Positions 24,101-32,932 of a DNA stretch of 63,969 bases are shown here, in pieces; position 1 is the first letter of the stretch, and every line of letters starts with the position of its first letter. The DNA is from Psammoneis japonica. Lineage: Eukaryota. A program made the translations under genes and the position numbers. Location of the stretch: assembly GCA_008632985.1 (NCBI GenBank), contig QPGO01000306.1, positions 1 through 63,969 of the forward strand, in the 5' to 3' direction. A model generated the notes under the pieces. It was given only the letters and a program-made list of their open reading frames with translations, ran no database searches and was not told the origin of the DNA.

Positions 24101-25420
24101 CGTCGCAATCTCGTGTAGATTAACGGTGCTGTAACGGCCTTTAACGGGAACGTCACATTTACGGATTTTGTGAGGAATCCCGCGAAGGGCTGAGCGCTTC
24201 ACAAAATTGCGATTTGCGCCGGTGTCGAGTGGAGCAACACGGAACTTGTGCATTCCAGAATGAGCATCAATCATCTGGACACGCGCTTCCGTGGCAAGAT
24301 TGTCTTCTATTTCGGATTCGATGGAATCGTCTAGAAGAGACGTGACGTCTTCAAAAATGTCGTTGACATCGTCTGACGCGACGCTATCGACATCGTTAGA
24401 AGCGGAGCGACTGGCTTTGGAGTCCACATTATTGTTTTCGACGTTCCGTGTGCGGCTCCGTGTGGGACAGCGGTGTGTCGGCTCGTTTCGAGAGTTATTT
24501 TGTTGATTCGGCGCACTCCGATTTGCGCGGTTCCGCTCATAATTTTCACGTTCACGACGGATGACATTGCACTCTTGACCGTTCGGATGTACAACGCCAT
24601 GGATTGGACATGTTTGTTCACTGTTGTTTTGATTCCTGTTCCTGGTGTCGCGATTTTGGTCGTTGTTCTGGCCGCGACGCGCATTTCGACCGTTGTTGCG
24701 TCGATTCCGATTGTCATTGCGTCTGTTGTCATCGGTAGACCCTTTGTCACCACGTCGTTCCATACGTCGGAGAGTCTCGTAGTGTTGAGCTTGGTCGTTC
24801 AAGTTTAAGTTGCGAAGACGGGCTTTAGTCTGAGTTTCGGCCCATGATCTTGGTCCACATTTTCGAAGGATTACGGACAATTCCGCTTCCGTGAATGACG
24901 GAACTCTTTCGGCGTCATCTTCGGTTGGCGTAGGCATGACATTAATCAACTTATTAAAGCGACGGATGTCATTAACAAATGACTTGACAGTTTGGTTCCT
25001 GGGTTTCTTGAGGCTTTGAAGCCATTCCTTGGCATCAAGGGCAATTTCTCCATCCATGCATTGGAGCAGAAATTCTTCACGACAAGTGTCGAATGTAACT
25101 TGGTCGCGGTTTTCGTATTCGTCTACGACGATTTCCCAGTCGTCTTTTGGTGTTCCGGTCATAAGTCTGGTCACGAGCCGGAAACGTGGCTGTCCTTCAG
25201 CCGCACCGAGATCGTTGACAAGTTCATCGAAGTTTGACCAGAAGGTAAGAACATCTTCCGGTTCAGTTGAAGCTAACTTACGTACCTCGATCGTAGTTTT
25301 AAGCCCATCTGGATCGTCAGGATCAATGGGGCTTTCAAAAGACACGAATTGGTCTTTGCGTCGCTCTTCCTCAGAGCGGTCAGGATGCTCAAGTTCGAAT
25401 GGGCAGTTTTCTGCTGACAT
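21198..25420 (-). pseudogene. gag-pol of copy A with a 1-bp frameshift near 23996-23999
   Basis: ORFs 23813-25420 and 21198-23984; 4 T versus 5 T in copy B at GGCGGTTTT(T)CTTCC. Confidence 0.9.
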
Positions 25421-25493
25421 GTCTGGTCAGGACAATATGATCGGTAGATATATCTCAAGAGAGATAAATAAGTGTTTGGGAGTAAATTTACTA

Positions 25494-25784
25494 TGCCAAG
25501 TGGCGCCAAGTAACAGTATAAAGTAGCGTTGTAAAGTTGACTGTTGCCAATGTTGTGAGAAGAAATGAAAGAGATTCGGCTACTCCGAAATCTCGTAGAA
25601 TTAATACTAAGAAACCGCGTAGAAATATAAAGAAACAATCTTTCGAGAGGCATCGAGATGTATCGAGAAAGGAGAAGAGGTTTCTAGAAAGTGTCATCGT
25701 TGACATCCTTTTGACACTTTTGACACCAGGTTGACACCCACGAATGAATATACGAATGAATATAGATGACCGTGATATTCGGCA
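25494..25784 (-). repeat. 5' LTR of Gypsy copy A
   Basis: 291 bp, upstream of the gag ATG at 25420. Confidence 0.95.
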
Positions 25785-25875
25785 ACGGATCTTCGAGCCT
25801 CACAATTTTGAAGCGTTGCAAACCAGCACAATTTAGGTACATTCTTCCTTCATTTTTCGTTTCAAGTCTTCTACG

Positions 25876-26610
25876 ATGAAGTGTTTTAGCTGCGTTCTTG
25901 TTACCTTGGCCATTTCCCTGGTCCACGGGGAAGGAGATCATGAACACGGTCACCATGATCATTCTTGTGCTTGCGAAGCGCAAGAATTCGGATTTTCGAT
26001 TAACTGCCGCGACCAGGATTCCATGCTGGCAGCCTTATCCGTTCTCCAAGACGCTGACAACAACTGCAAGGCCGACTGCACGTCGGAAATCTGTCACAAG
26101 AACTTCCTCATTGTCAAGTCTCACCACGACTACTGTCTTCACGATGAAGCCCCTGAGCCTCTCGAGGACGGCATTCACTTTTTCGAAGACAGCTGCGAAG
26201 GCTGCGAGATTGGCCGCCGGCCGGATCCCAACCTCCCGGACTGCCCCACTGCATCGTGTAACGACAGCGGCAACGACGCGTGTCAGAGTCTCCTGAATGG
26301 CGGATGCCTCGACAGCTGCAACACCGAAGAGTGTACCAGCAGCTACCGCATTCTCCGTGCTGTCCACGACAACTGTCCAGAGGATACACTTGATCAGATT
26401 GCGGAATCCGGCATTCACGACTTTGAAGAGCCTTGCGAGGAGCACAACTGCAACTCACACTCGGGTGCCGAGGACCTAGCCAAGCAACTCGTTTGTGAAG
26501 AAGATCCAGAACCTCAGGACAACAACTCGGCTGCTCCGGGGTTGGGGTCTGTCGGCTTGTGGGTTCTCTCCTTTGGTGGTGTTATCATGGCTGCGGCTCA
26601 AATGGCCTAA
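25876..26610 (+). CDS. Secreted/surface Cys- and His-rich protein with two internal repeats; putative metal-binding, possible GPI anchor
   Basis: Signal peptide, HEHGHHDH, two C..HD.C..D....E.GIH.FE..C units, hydrophobic C-terminus. Confidence 0.8.
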   Translation: MKCFSCVLVTLAISLVHGEGDHEHGHHDHSCACEAQEFGFSINCRDQDSMLAALSVLQDADNNCKADCTSEICHKNFLIVKSHHDYCLHDEAPEPLEDGIHFFEDSCEGCEIGRRPDPNLPDCPTASCNDSGNDACQSLLNGGCLDSCNTEECTSSYRILRAVHDNCPEDTLDQIAESGIHDFEEPCEEHNCNSHSGAEDLAKQLVCEEDPEPQDNNSAAPGLGSVGLWVLSFGGVIMAAAQMA

Positions 26611-26666
26611 ATCCTATACATTTTTGTTGTAGTGTTTTAGTAAAGAATAGAGTCGATGTCACAGTA

Positions 26667-27250
26667 GGGCCAGTACTTATGTTTTCTTGTAGCAATAGCT
26701 CAAAACAAAGAGTGGTAATCCATTCTGGAAATAGTGTACCAGCATCAGCGTGACGAGTTCCGCGGCTAACTACCGGTATAGTCCATCGTGTGTTACACCT
26801 TTCTCAATCCCTCAAGCTACACCAAATGGCTTGCTGTAATGTTGGAGTAAAGAATTGAGACGATGTCATCGTTGGGCCAGTGCTAAATTGTCTCTACTAG
26901 GTAGTAGCAATAGCCCAAAGCAAAGAGCGGTACTCCATTCCCGAAAATAGTGTATGAGCATTATCAAGACGATATTCGAGAAACTTGAAATATACAAGAA
27001 AAAAATGAGATCAACAAGGAAAATAAAAATAACTACACACTACGACGTTCACAATCAAGCAGCGACGCTGTTGCGAATAGGTGATTTGGGGCCAGTGCTA
27101 AATAGCAATACCCCAAGGCAACGAGCGGTGTTAATCCATTCCCGAAAATCTATCGAGACGAGTAAGAAACTTTAAATATCGCTACAAAATGAGATCAGAC
27201 CACAAACGAGGTCCCTACGACGTTCACAAATAATCAAGCAGCGACGAGTC
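26667..27250. repeat. Degenerate ~210-bp tandem repeat (3 units)
   Basis: GGGCCAGT..TAGCAATA..ATCCATTC at about 26667, 26874 and 27089; CTACGACGTTCACAA..TCAAGCAGCGACG occurs twice. Confidence 0.7.
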
Positions 27251-27763
27251 TACAGGACGATATTTTTCATTTGCTACCGAAAAAGCATTGTCGCATCTTT
27301 TCGAGCCAGTCGATTGTAGACTTGTGGATGCAGCATGTCGCGGACACTTGCAATGTTGTGGTTTTGAATCGCCTTGCGAATGGCCGTGCTGGATTCGTTG
27401 TTGGAGAGGATGCTTCCCCTAATGCAAACGGCTTGACAATTTTTGGGTCGCCGACTTGTAGTACCTGGTCGTTCTACAACCACGCACCATGGCTGTTGAT
27501 ACAATTGACATTTCTCCGCATGATCTGCTCCGCACACATAGTTCACTGACACGTTCGGGCCAAGTGCTTCTAACAAATGGTTTCGCACGTCGGGAAAGTC
27601 CATCAGTCGTGGTTGTGAAATCTCCCAATCGTCCACAATGATACGTTCCGTAGCTACGAGTCGGCAGAGTTCTACTTTGGTGGAATTGTCGAGACTACCA
27701 AATGGCTTGCGTTGACTCCACCGAGCATCACTTGGCGATAGTATGCAACCCAAGACGGCCGTA

Positions 27764-28054
27764 TGCCAAGTGGCGCCAAGTAATAGTATAAAGTAGCGTT
27801 GTAAAGTTGACTGTTGCTAATATTGTGAGAAGAAATGAAAGAGATTCGGCTACTCCGAAATCTCGTAGAATTAACACTAAGAAACCGCGTAGAAATATAA
27901 AGAAACAATCTTTCGAGAGGCATCGAGATGTATCGAGAAAGGAGAAGAGGTTTCTAGAAAGTGTCATCGTTGACATCCTTTTGACACTTTTGACACCAGG
28001 TTGACACCCACGAATGAACACACGAATGAACATAGATGACCGTGATGTTCGGCA
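27764..28054 (-). repeat. 3' LTR of Gypsy copy B
   Basis: 291 bp TGCC..GGCA. Confidence 0.95.
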
Positions 28055-28075
28055 CTCGCTTCCCCAATTGAGACG

Positions 28076-31000
28076 TTAGAAGACAGGGTGAAGACGGCGG
28101 ACATTGATACGTTCAGTGACGTGAGGCGAGTGCTGGATGGTAACGGTTCCATTGGTGTGGACACGTGCGACACGGAAAGGACCATCTTTGGTGTTGAGTT
28201 TGCGTTGGATGTCTTTGGTCACAACGAAGACTTGATCGCCGATGTTGTAGTCGCAAGTAAGACGTTTTGCGTTTTCGCGGAGATTGTTGCGTAGGACATC
28301 GCGTTTGCGACGGGTGTTAATCATTTTCCAGTTCGCAAGATAAGTGGCAGAAATGACCATGTCTCGACCGAAGACAATTTGTCCGGGAGACGACACAAGG
28401 GCAGTGTGGTGGGTGCTGCGCAAGGCCCATGCAACGGATTGCAAAATTCCATGAATTGTGTCTTCATCATGATCGCGAGAAGGGAGATCCATCGCACGGA
28501 GAGAATCGGCTGTCACTTGATGAATGCGTTCAACGAACGCGTTGGCTTGAGGATTCTTGATTGTTGCAGGTTTCGGTTTAACACCACAACTGCAGAGGAG
28601 ATCTGCAAACTCGGAAGTGAATTCGGAACCGTTGTCATAAATGACAATTTCTGGTCGCGGATAGCGACAAAACCACTCGCGATCGACGACAAGTGAAATG
28701 TCTTCGGACGTTTTGAACTTGCAGTTCGCGAGTTCGACCCAACGGGTTGCGACACCAACAATTGAAACGGCTCTGATTTTGCGATCGACACCATTTTTGT
28801 CGGCACACGTCCAGGGACCGAAAAGATCGACTTGAGTTGCCTGCCAAGGTTCATAAGTAGCATCTGGAAGAGGCAATTTGCCACAGTTTGCCGCAGTGCG
28901 CTTGGATTTGGAACACGTGCGGCACTTGCGGACAAAAGTGCGGACTTTCGTCTGCATGTCGCGAATGTAAAAATGTGAAGCCAAAGTTTGGCAGGTGCGA
29001 TTAGCACCAGGATGGCAGAGAGTTTCATGGCACCACCGTAGAACTGCAGGAAAAAGCGTTGGAGGGAGGACAATCTTGTTCTTGTAAAGGACAATCTGTT
29101 TTCCGTTGAACAGTTCGGCTGAGTGGGATTCGGACTTGTCGAGTCGTTGCTGAAGAGCAGAATCTTTTTTCTGATGGTCGGCGACAACATCGAAAGTAAC
29201 GGGGAACATCGAAGGATCGATTTCCAACGAAGTCATTTCCTCGTAATCGCTTTGATCGACTTGGACAATGGGGTGGCGACTCAAAAAATCAGCCACGACA
29301 TTCTCATGGCCTGGCAGGCACTCGAAAGAGCAATCGCACTCCTCGAGAAGTAAACGCCAGCGTTTGACGCGTTCTGACTTGAATTTGTCAAATGCAAGAT
29401 TTTTGTGATCGGCAAACAGGTAGCATCGATGACCAAAAAGGATGCTTTTGAAATTTTCGGTCGTTTCCACGAGCGACAGTGGCTCTTTTTCCATTGTCGT
29501 GTAGTTTCGTTGCGCTTGAGATAATTTTCGGCTGTAGAATGCAATTGGCCATTCGCCATCGTCAAAATCTTGAGTGGTTGCTGCACCAAGTTGATGATCA
29601 CTCGCATCCGGATAGACATTGAAAGGTTGAGAGAAGTCGGGGAATCGGAGGAGGATTTCGCGCGCCACAATTTTTTTCATCTGATTGAAAGCTTCCGTGT
29701 GGACGTCAGTCCACTTGAATTTGACTTTGTCTGATGACAGCGCAGTTAAGGGCGTAAGAGTGTGGCTGCGTCGGTGCCACAATTTCTTGTAATAATTCAC
29801 GAACCCGATGAAACCACGTAATTGTCGACGGTTTTGAGGGCGAGCGAAGCGAAGTAAGGGTAGGATTTTCTTTTTCTGAGGCTGAATACCTTTTGCAGTC
29901 ATGGCATGGCCTAAGCAGTCGACGGTCTTGGCGGCGAGATAGGATTCTTCGACATGCACGTGAAGATTGTTCGCGAGGAGCCGTTGCAAGACGAGTTCGA
30001 GTCGTTGACAGTGATGGTTGAAGTTGTTCTTGGTAAAGAGGATGATATTGTCGATGTAGACTATGATATCTTCCATATCATGAAAAATATCTGTCATGTA
30101 AGCTTGAAAAATATCGCTTGCCGGTTTGATTCCTTGCGGTAGGCGATTGCAGCAATACTTTCCCCACGGCAGGATGACACCGCAGAGTTTTTTTGACTCG
30201 TCGTCAAGTACGAAGTGATGGTAGCCTCGGTTGAGGTCCAAACATGTCGCACAGGTAAAGCCGTTCATTTTCCATACGACGTCGTCGATAATAGGTAGTG
30301 GATATGGATGCCGTTCGAGACACTCGTTGAGTTTCCGTAAATCGGATAAGAAACGGATACCACCGCTTTTCTTCGATCGGAAAAGACAGGGTGCGCCCCA
30401 AGGAGAGTGAAGTTTACGCGTAATAACATCGATTTTTTCCAATTCATCCACTTCTTTGCGAGCCATGGGATATAACGCTTGCGGAATAGTGTAAGCTTTC
30501 GCACAGTATGGACGCGATCCTGGTTTCAGGGTCAAATGGACGGGTTTACCGGGTACAGCTCCAAGTGTGCCATCGAATAATTGCGGGTGTCGTCCGAAGA
30601 GTTCGATGAGTTGGTGCTGTTGATCGTTATCAAGGTGTTTGCAGCGTAGAACCATGTCGCGATAATTGTGCTTGTCGTACGTGTTGCTCGTCATACCTCG
30701 AACCTGACGGTTGACGGCATTCTGGAAGAACTTGGGTAATTCAGCATCGCCGGGATGAATTGCATTAACTTCGACTTGGTCGAAAGAGCCCTTGGATCGC
30801 ATGGATAGGGTAACATCGCCCCACGTGATTGTTTGATGTCGAAAATCAAAAACGAGTCCCATTTCTGTGGCGGTTTTTCTTCCGATGATAATATCGTGTT
30901 TTCCTACGGCTTTGTCTTCCACACAAGCATCGACGGAAACCTTCTTGGACGATGCGAAGTCTGGGAACTTCAATGTTAGCGTCGCAATCTCGTGTAGATT

Positions 31001-32299
31001 AACGGCACTGTAACGGCCTTTAACGGGAACGTTACATTTACGGATTTTGTGAGGAATCCCGCGAAGGGCTGAGCGCTTCACAAAATTGCGATTTGCGCCG
31101 GTGTCGAGTAGAGCAACACGGAACTTGTGCATTCCAGAATGAGTGTCAATCATCTGGACACGCGCTTCCGTGGTAAGATTGTCTTCTACTTCGGATTCGA
31201 TGGAATCGTCTAGAAGAGACGTGACGTCTTCAAAAATGTCGTTGATGTCGTCTGACGCGACGCTATCGACATCGTTAGAAGCGGAGCGACTAGCTTTGGA
31301 GTCCACATTGTTGTTTTCGACGTTCCGTGTGCGGCTCCGTGTAGGACAGCGGTGTGTCGGCTCGTTTCGAGAGTTATTTTGTTGATTCGGCGCATTCCGA
31401 TTTGCGCGGTTCCGCTCATAATTTTCACGTTCACGACGGATGACATTGCACTCTTGACCGTTCGGATGTACAACGCCATGGATTGGACATGTTTGTTCAC
31501 GATTGTTTTGATTCCTGTTCCTGGCATCGCGATTTTGGTCGTCATTCTGGCCGTGACGCGTGTGTCGACCGTTGTTGCGTTGGTTCCTATTGTCATTGCG
31601 TCTGTTGTTGTCGGCAGACCCTTTGTCACCACGTCGTTCCATGCGTCGGAGAGTCTCGTAGTATTGAGCTTGGTCGTTCAAGTTTAAGTTGCGAAGACGG
31701 GCTTTAGTCTGAGTTTCGGCCCATGATCTTGGTCCACATTTTCGAAGGATTACGGACAATTCCGCTTCCGTGAATGACGGAACTCTTTCGGCGTCATCTT
31801 CGGTTGGCGTAGGCATGACATTAATCAACTTATTAAAGCGACGGATGTCATTAACAAATGACTTGACAGTTTGGTTCCTGGGTTTCTTAAGGCTTTGAAG
31901 CCATTCCTTAGCATCAAGGGCAATTTCTCCATCCATGCATTGGAGTAGAAATTCTTCACGACAAGTGTCGAATGTAACTTGGTCGCGGTTTTCGTATTCG
32001 TCTACGACGATTTCCCAGTCGTCTTTTGGTGTTCCGGTCATAAGTCTGGTCACGAGCCGGAAACGTGGCTGTCCTTCAGCCGCACCGAGATCGTTGATAA
32101 GTTCATCGAAGTTTGACCAGAAGGTAAGAACATCTTCCGGTTCAGTTGAAGCTAACTTACGCACCTCGATCGTAGTTTTAAGCCCATCTGGATCGTCAGG
32201 ATCAATGGGGCTTTCAAAAGACACGAATTGGTCTTTGCGTCGCTCTTCCTCAGAGCGGTCAGGACGCTTAAGTTCGAATGGGCAGTTTTCTGCTGACAT
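28076..32299 (-). CDS. Single-ORF Gag-Pol polyprotein (1407 aa)
   Basis: Gag CPIH..H....EC, protease LLDTGA, RT LDL/RLPQG/YIDN, RNase H DASD..EKE..DH..ADFLSR, integrase H..H..C..C, D,D(35)E, GPF. Confidence 0.95.
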   Translation of the reverse strand: MSAENCPFELKRPDRSEEERRKDQFVSFESPIDPDDPDGLKTTIEVRKLASTEPEDVLTFWSNFDELINDLGAAEGQPRFRLVTRLMTGTPKDDWEIVVDEYENRDQVTFDTCREEFLLQCMDGEIALDAKEWLQSLKKPRNQTVKSFVNDIRRFNKLINVMPTPTEDDAERVPSFTEAELSVILRKCGPRSWAETQTKARLRNLNLNDQAQYYETLRRMERRGDKGSADNNRRNDNRNQRNNGRHTRHGQNDDQNRDARNRNQNNREQTCPIHGVVHPNGQECNVIRRERENYERNRANRNAPNQQNNSRNEPTHRCPTRSRTRNVENNNVDSKASRSASNDVDSVASDDINDIFEDVTSLLDDSIESEVEDNLTTEARVQMIDTHSGMHKFRVALLDTGANRNFVKRSALRGIPHKIRKCNVPVKGRYSAVNLHEIATLTLKFPDFASSKKVSVDACVEDKAVGKHDIIIGRKTATEMGLVFDFRHQTITWGDVTLSMRSKGSFDQVEVNAIHPGDAELPKFFQNAVNRQVRGMTSNTYDKHNYRDMVLRCKHLDNDQQHQLIELFGRHPQLFDGTLGAVPGKPVHLTLKPGSRPYCAKAYTIPQALYPMARKEVDELEKIDVITRKLHSPWGAPCLFRSKKSGGIRFLSDLRKLNECLERHPYPLPIIDDVVWKMNGFTCATCLDLNRGYHHFVLDDESKKLCGVILPWGKYCCNRLPQGIKPASDIFQAYMTDIFHDMEDIIVYIDNIILFTKNNFNHHCQRLELVLQRLLANNLHVHVEESYLAAKTVDCLGHAMTAKGIQPQKKKILPLLRFARPQNRRQLRGFIGFVNYYKKLWHRRSHTLTPLTALSSDKVKFKWTDVHTEAFNQMKKIVAREILLRFPDFSQPFNVYPDASDHQLGAATTQDFDDGEWPIAFYSRKLSQAQRNYTTMEKEPLSLVETTENFKSILFGHRCYLFADHKNLAFDKFKSERVKRWRLLLEECDCSFECLPGHENVVADFLSRHPIVQVDQSDYEEMTSLEIDPSMFPVTFDVVADHQKKDSALQQRLDKSESHSAELFNGKQIVLYKNKIVLPPTLFPAVLRWCHETLCHPGANRTCQTLASHFYIRDMQTKVRTFVRKCRTCSKSKRTAANCGKLPLPDATYEPWQATQVDLFGPWTCADKNGVDRKIRAVSIVGVATRWVELANCKFKTSEDISLVVDREWFCRYPRPEIVIYDNGSEFTSEFADLLCSCGVKPKPATIKNPQANAFVERIHQVTADSLRAMDLPSRDHDEDTIHGILQSVAWALRSTHHTALVSSPGQIVFGRDMVISATYLANWKMINTRRKRDVLRNNLRENAKRLTCDYNIGDQVFVVTKDIQRKLNTKDGPFRVARVHTNGTVTIQHSPHVTERINVRRLHPVF

Positions 32300-32372
32300 G
32301 TCTGGTCAGGACAATGTGATCGGCAGACACATCTCAAGAGAGATGAACAAGTGTTTGGGAGTAAATTTACTG

Positions 32373-32663
32373 TGCCAAGTGGCGCCAAGTAACAGTATAA
32401 AGTAGCGTTGTAAAGTTGACTGTTGCTGATGTTGTGAGAAGAAATGAAAGAGATTCGGCTACTCCGAAATCTCGTAGAATTAATGCTAAGAAACCGCGTA
32501 GAAATATAAAGAAACAATCTTTCGAGAGGCATCGAGATGTATCGAGAAAGGAGAAGAGGTTTCTAGAAAGTGTCATCGTTGACATCCTTTTGACACTTTT
32601 GACACCAGGTTGACACCCACGAATGAATGCACGAATGAACATAGATGACCGTGATATTCGGCA
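32373..32663 (-). repeat. 5' LTR of Gypsy copy B
   Basis: 291 bp TGCC..GGCA. Confidence 0.95.
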
Positions 32664-32932
32664 CCGTACCTTGGTTCTCAAAGTGCTTCGCCGCCAATTC
32701 AAGCATGTTCGTGTGGCCAACATGGACTGGATTCATGGAGCCCGTTGTAAACAGCACCACGGCTGGCTTCTCTAGATCATGGCGTTTGCACTTTTCAATC
32801 AAGTTTTGCATGTTATTGCTCTTGCATTACAAGCGAAAGTGGTGCGAACAGGTGGGCGAACAGGTAGGCGAACAGTGAATGAATCGAAACGTGCAAAATT
32901 ACAAAACTTCAAACTGCGATCTGCGCGCGCAC

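Larger units (their letters stand above)
20886..25784 (-). mobile_element. Ty3/Gypsy LTR retrotransposon copy A (4899 bp)
   Basis: 291-bp LTRs 20886-21176 and 25494-25784 (TGCC..GGCA), polypurine tract GGGGAAGCGAG on the minus strand, TSD GCGGA/ACGGA, order gag-PR-RT-RH-IN. Confidence 0.97.
27764..32663 (-). mobile_element. Ty3/Gypsy LTR retrotransposon copy B (4900 bp)
   Basis: LTRs 27764-28054 and 32373-32663, perfect 5-bp TSD CCGTA (27759-63 and 32664-68). Confidence 0.97.
27274..32811 (-). pseudogene. NMNAT/NadD-like nucleotidyltransferase split by Gypsy copy B (parts 32664-32811 and 27274-27763)
   Basis: TGSMNPVHVGH (HxGH), YVCGAD, SSTAIRK. Removing the element and one TSD restores the frame ENQGT-AVLGCILSPSD. 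Confidence 0.88.

Noticed and set aside
20929..32613. 65-aa ORF repeated in each LTR
   Set aside because: Non-ATG start, no recognisable motif; conserved only because the LTRs are copies.
20886..32663. Classical fungal RIP (CpA->TpA) or CpG deamination as the cause of LTR differences
   Set aside because: Polarity is opposite (conserved Tyr lost, the same site goes to both CA and TG, TA is depleted rather than enriched) and LTR CpGs are intact.
20886..32663. ADAR editing or RT error during retrotransposition
   Set aside because: Both A>G and T>C occur on one strand, sister LTRs differ, and a TSD, a DNA transposon and a host pseudogene appear affected too.
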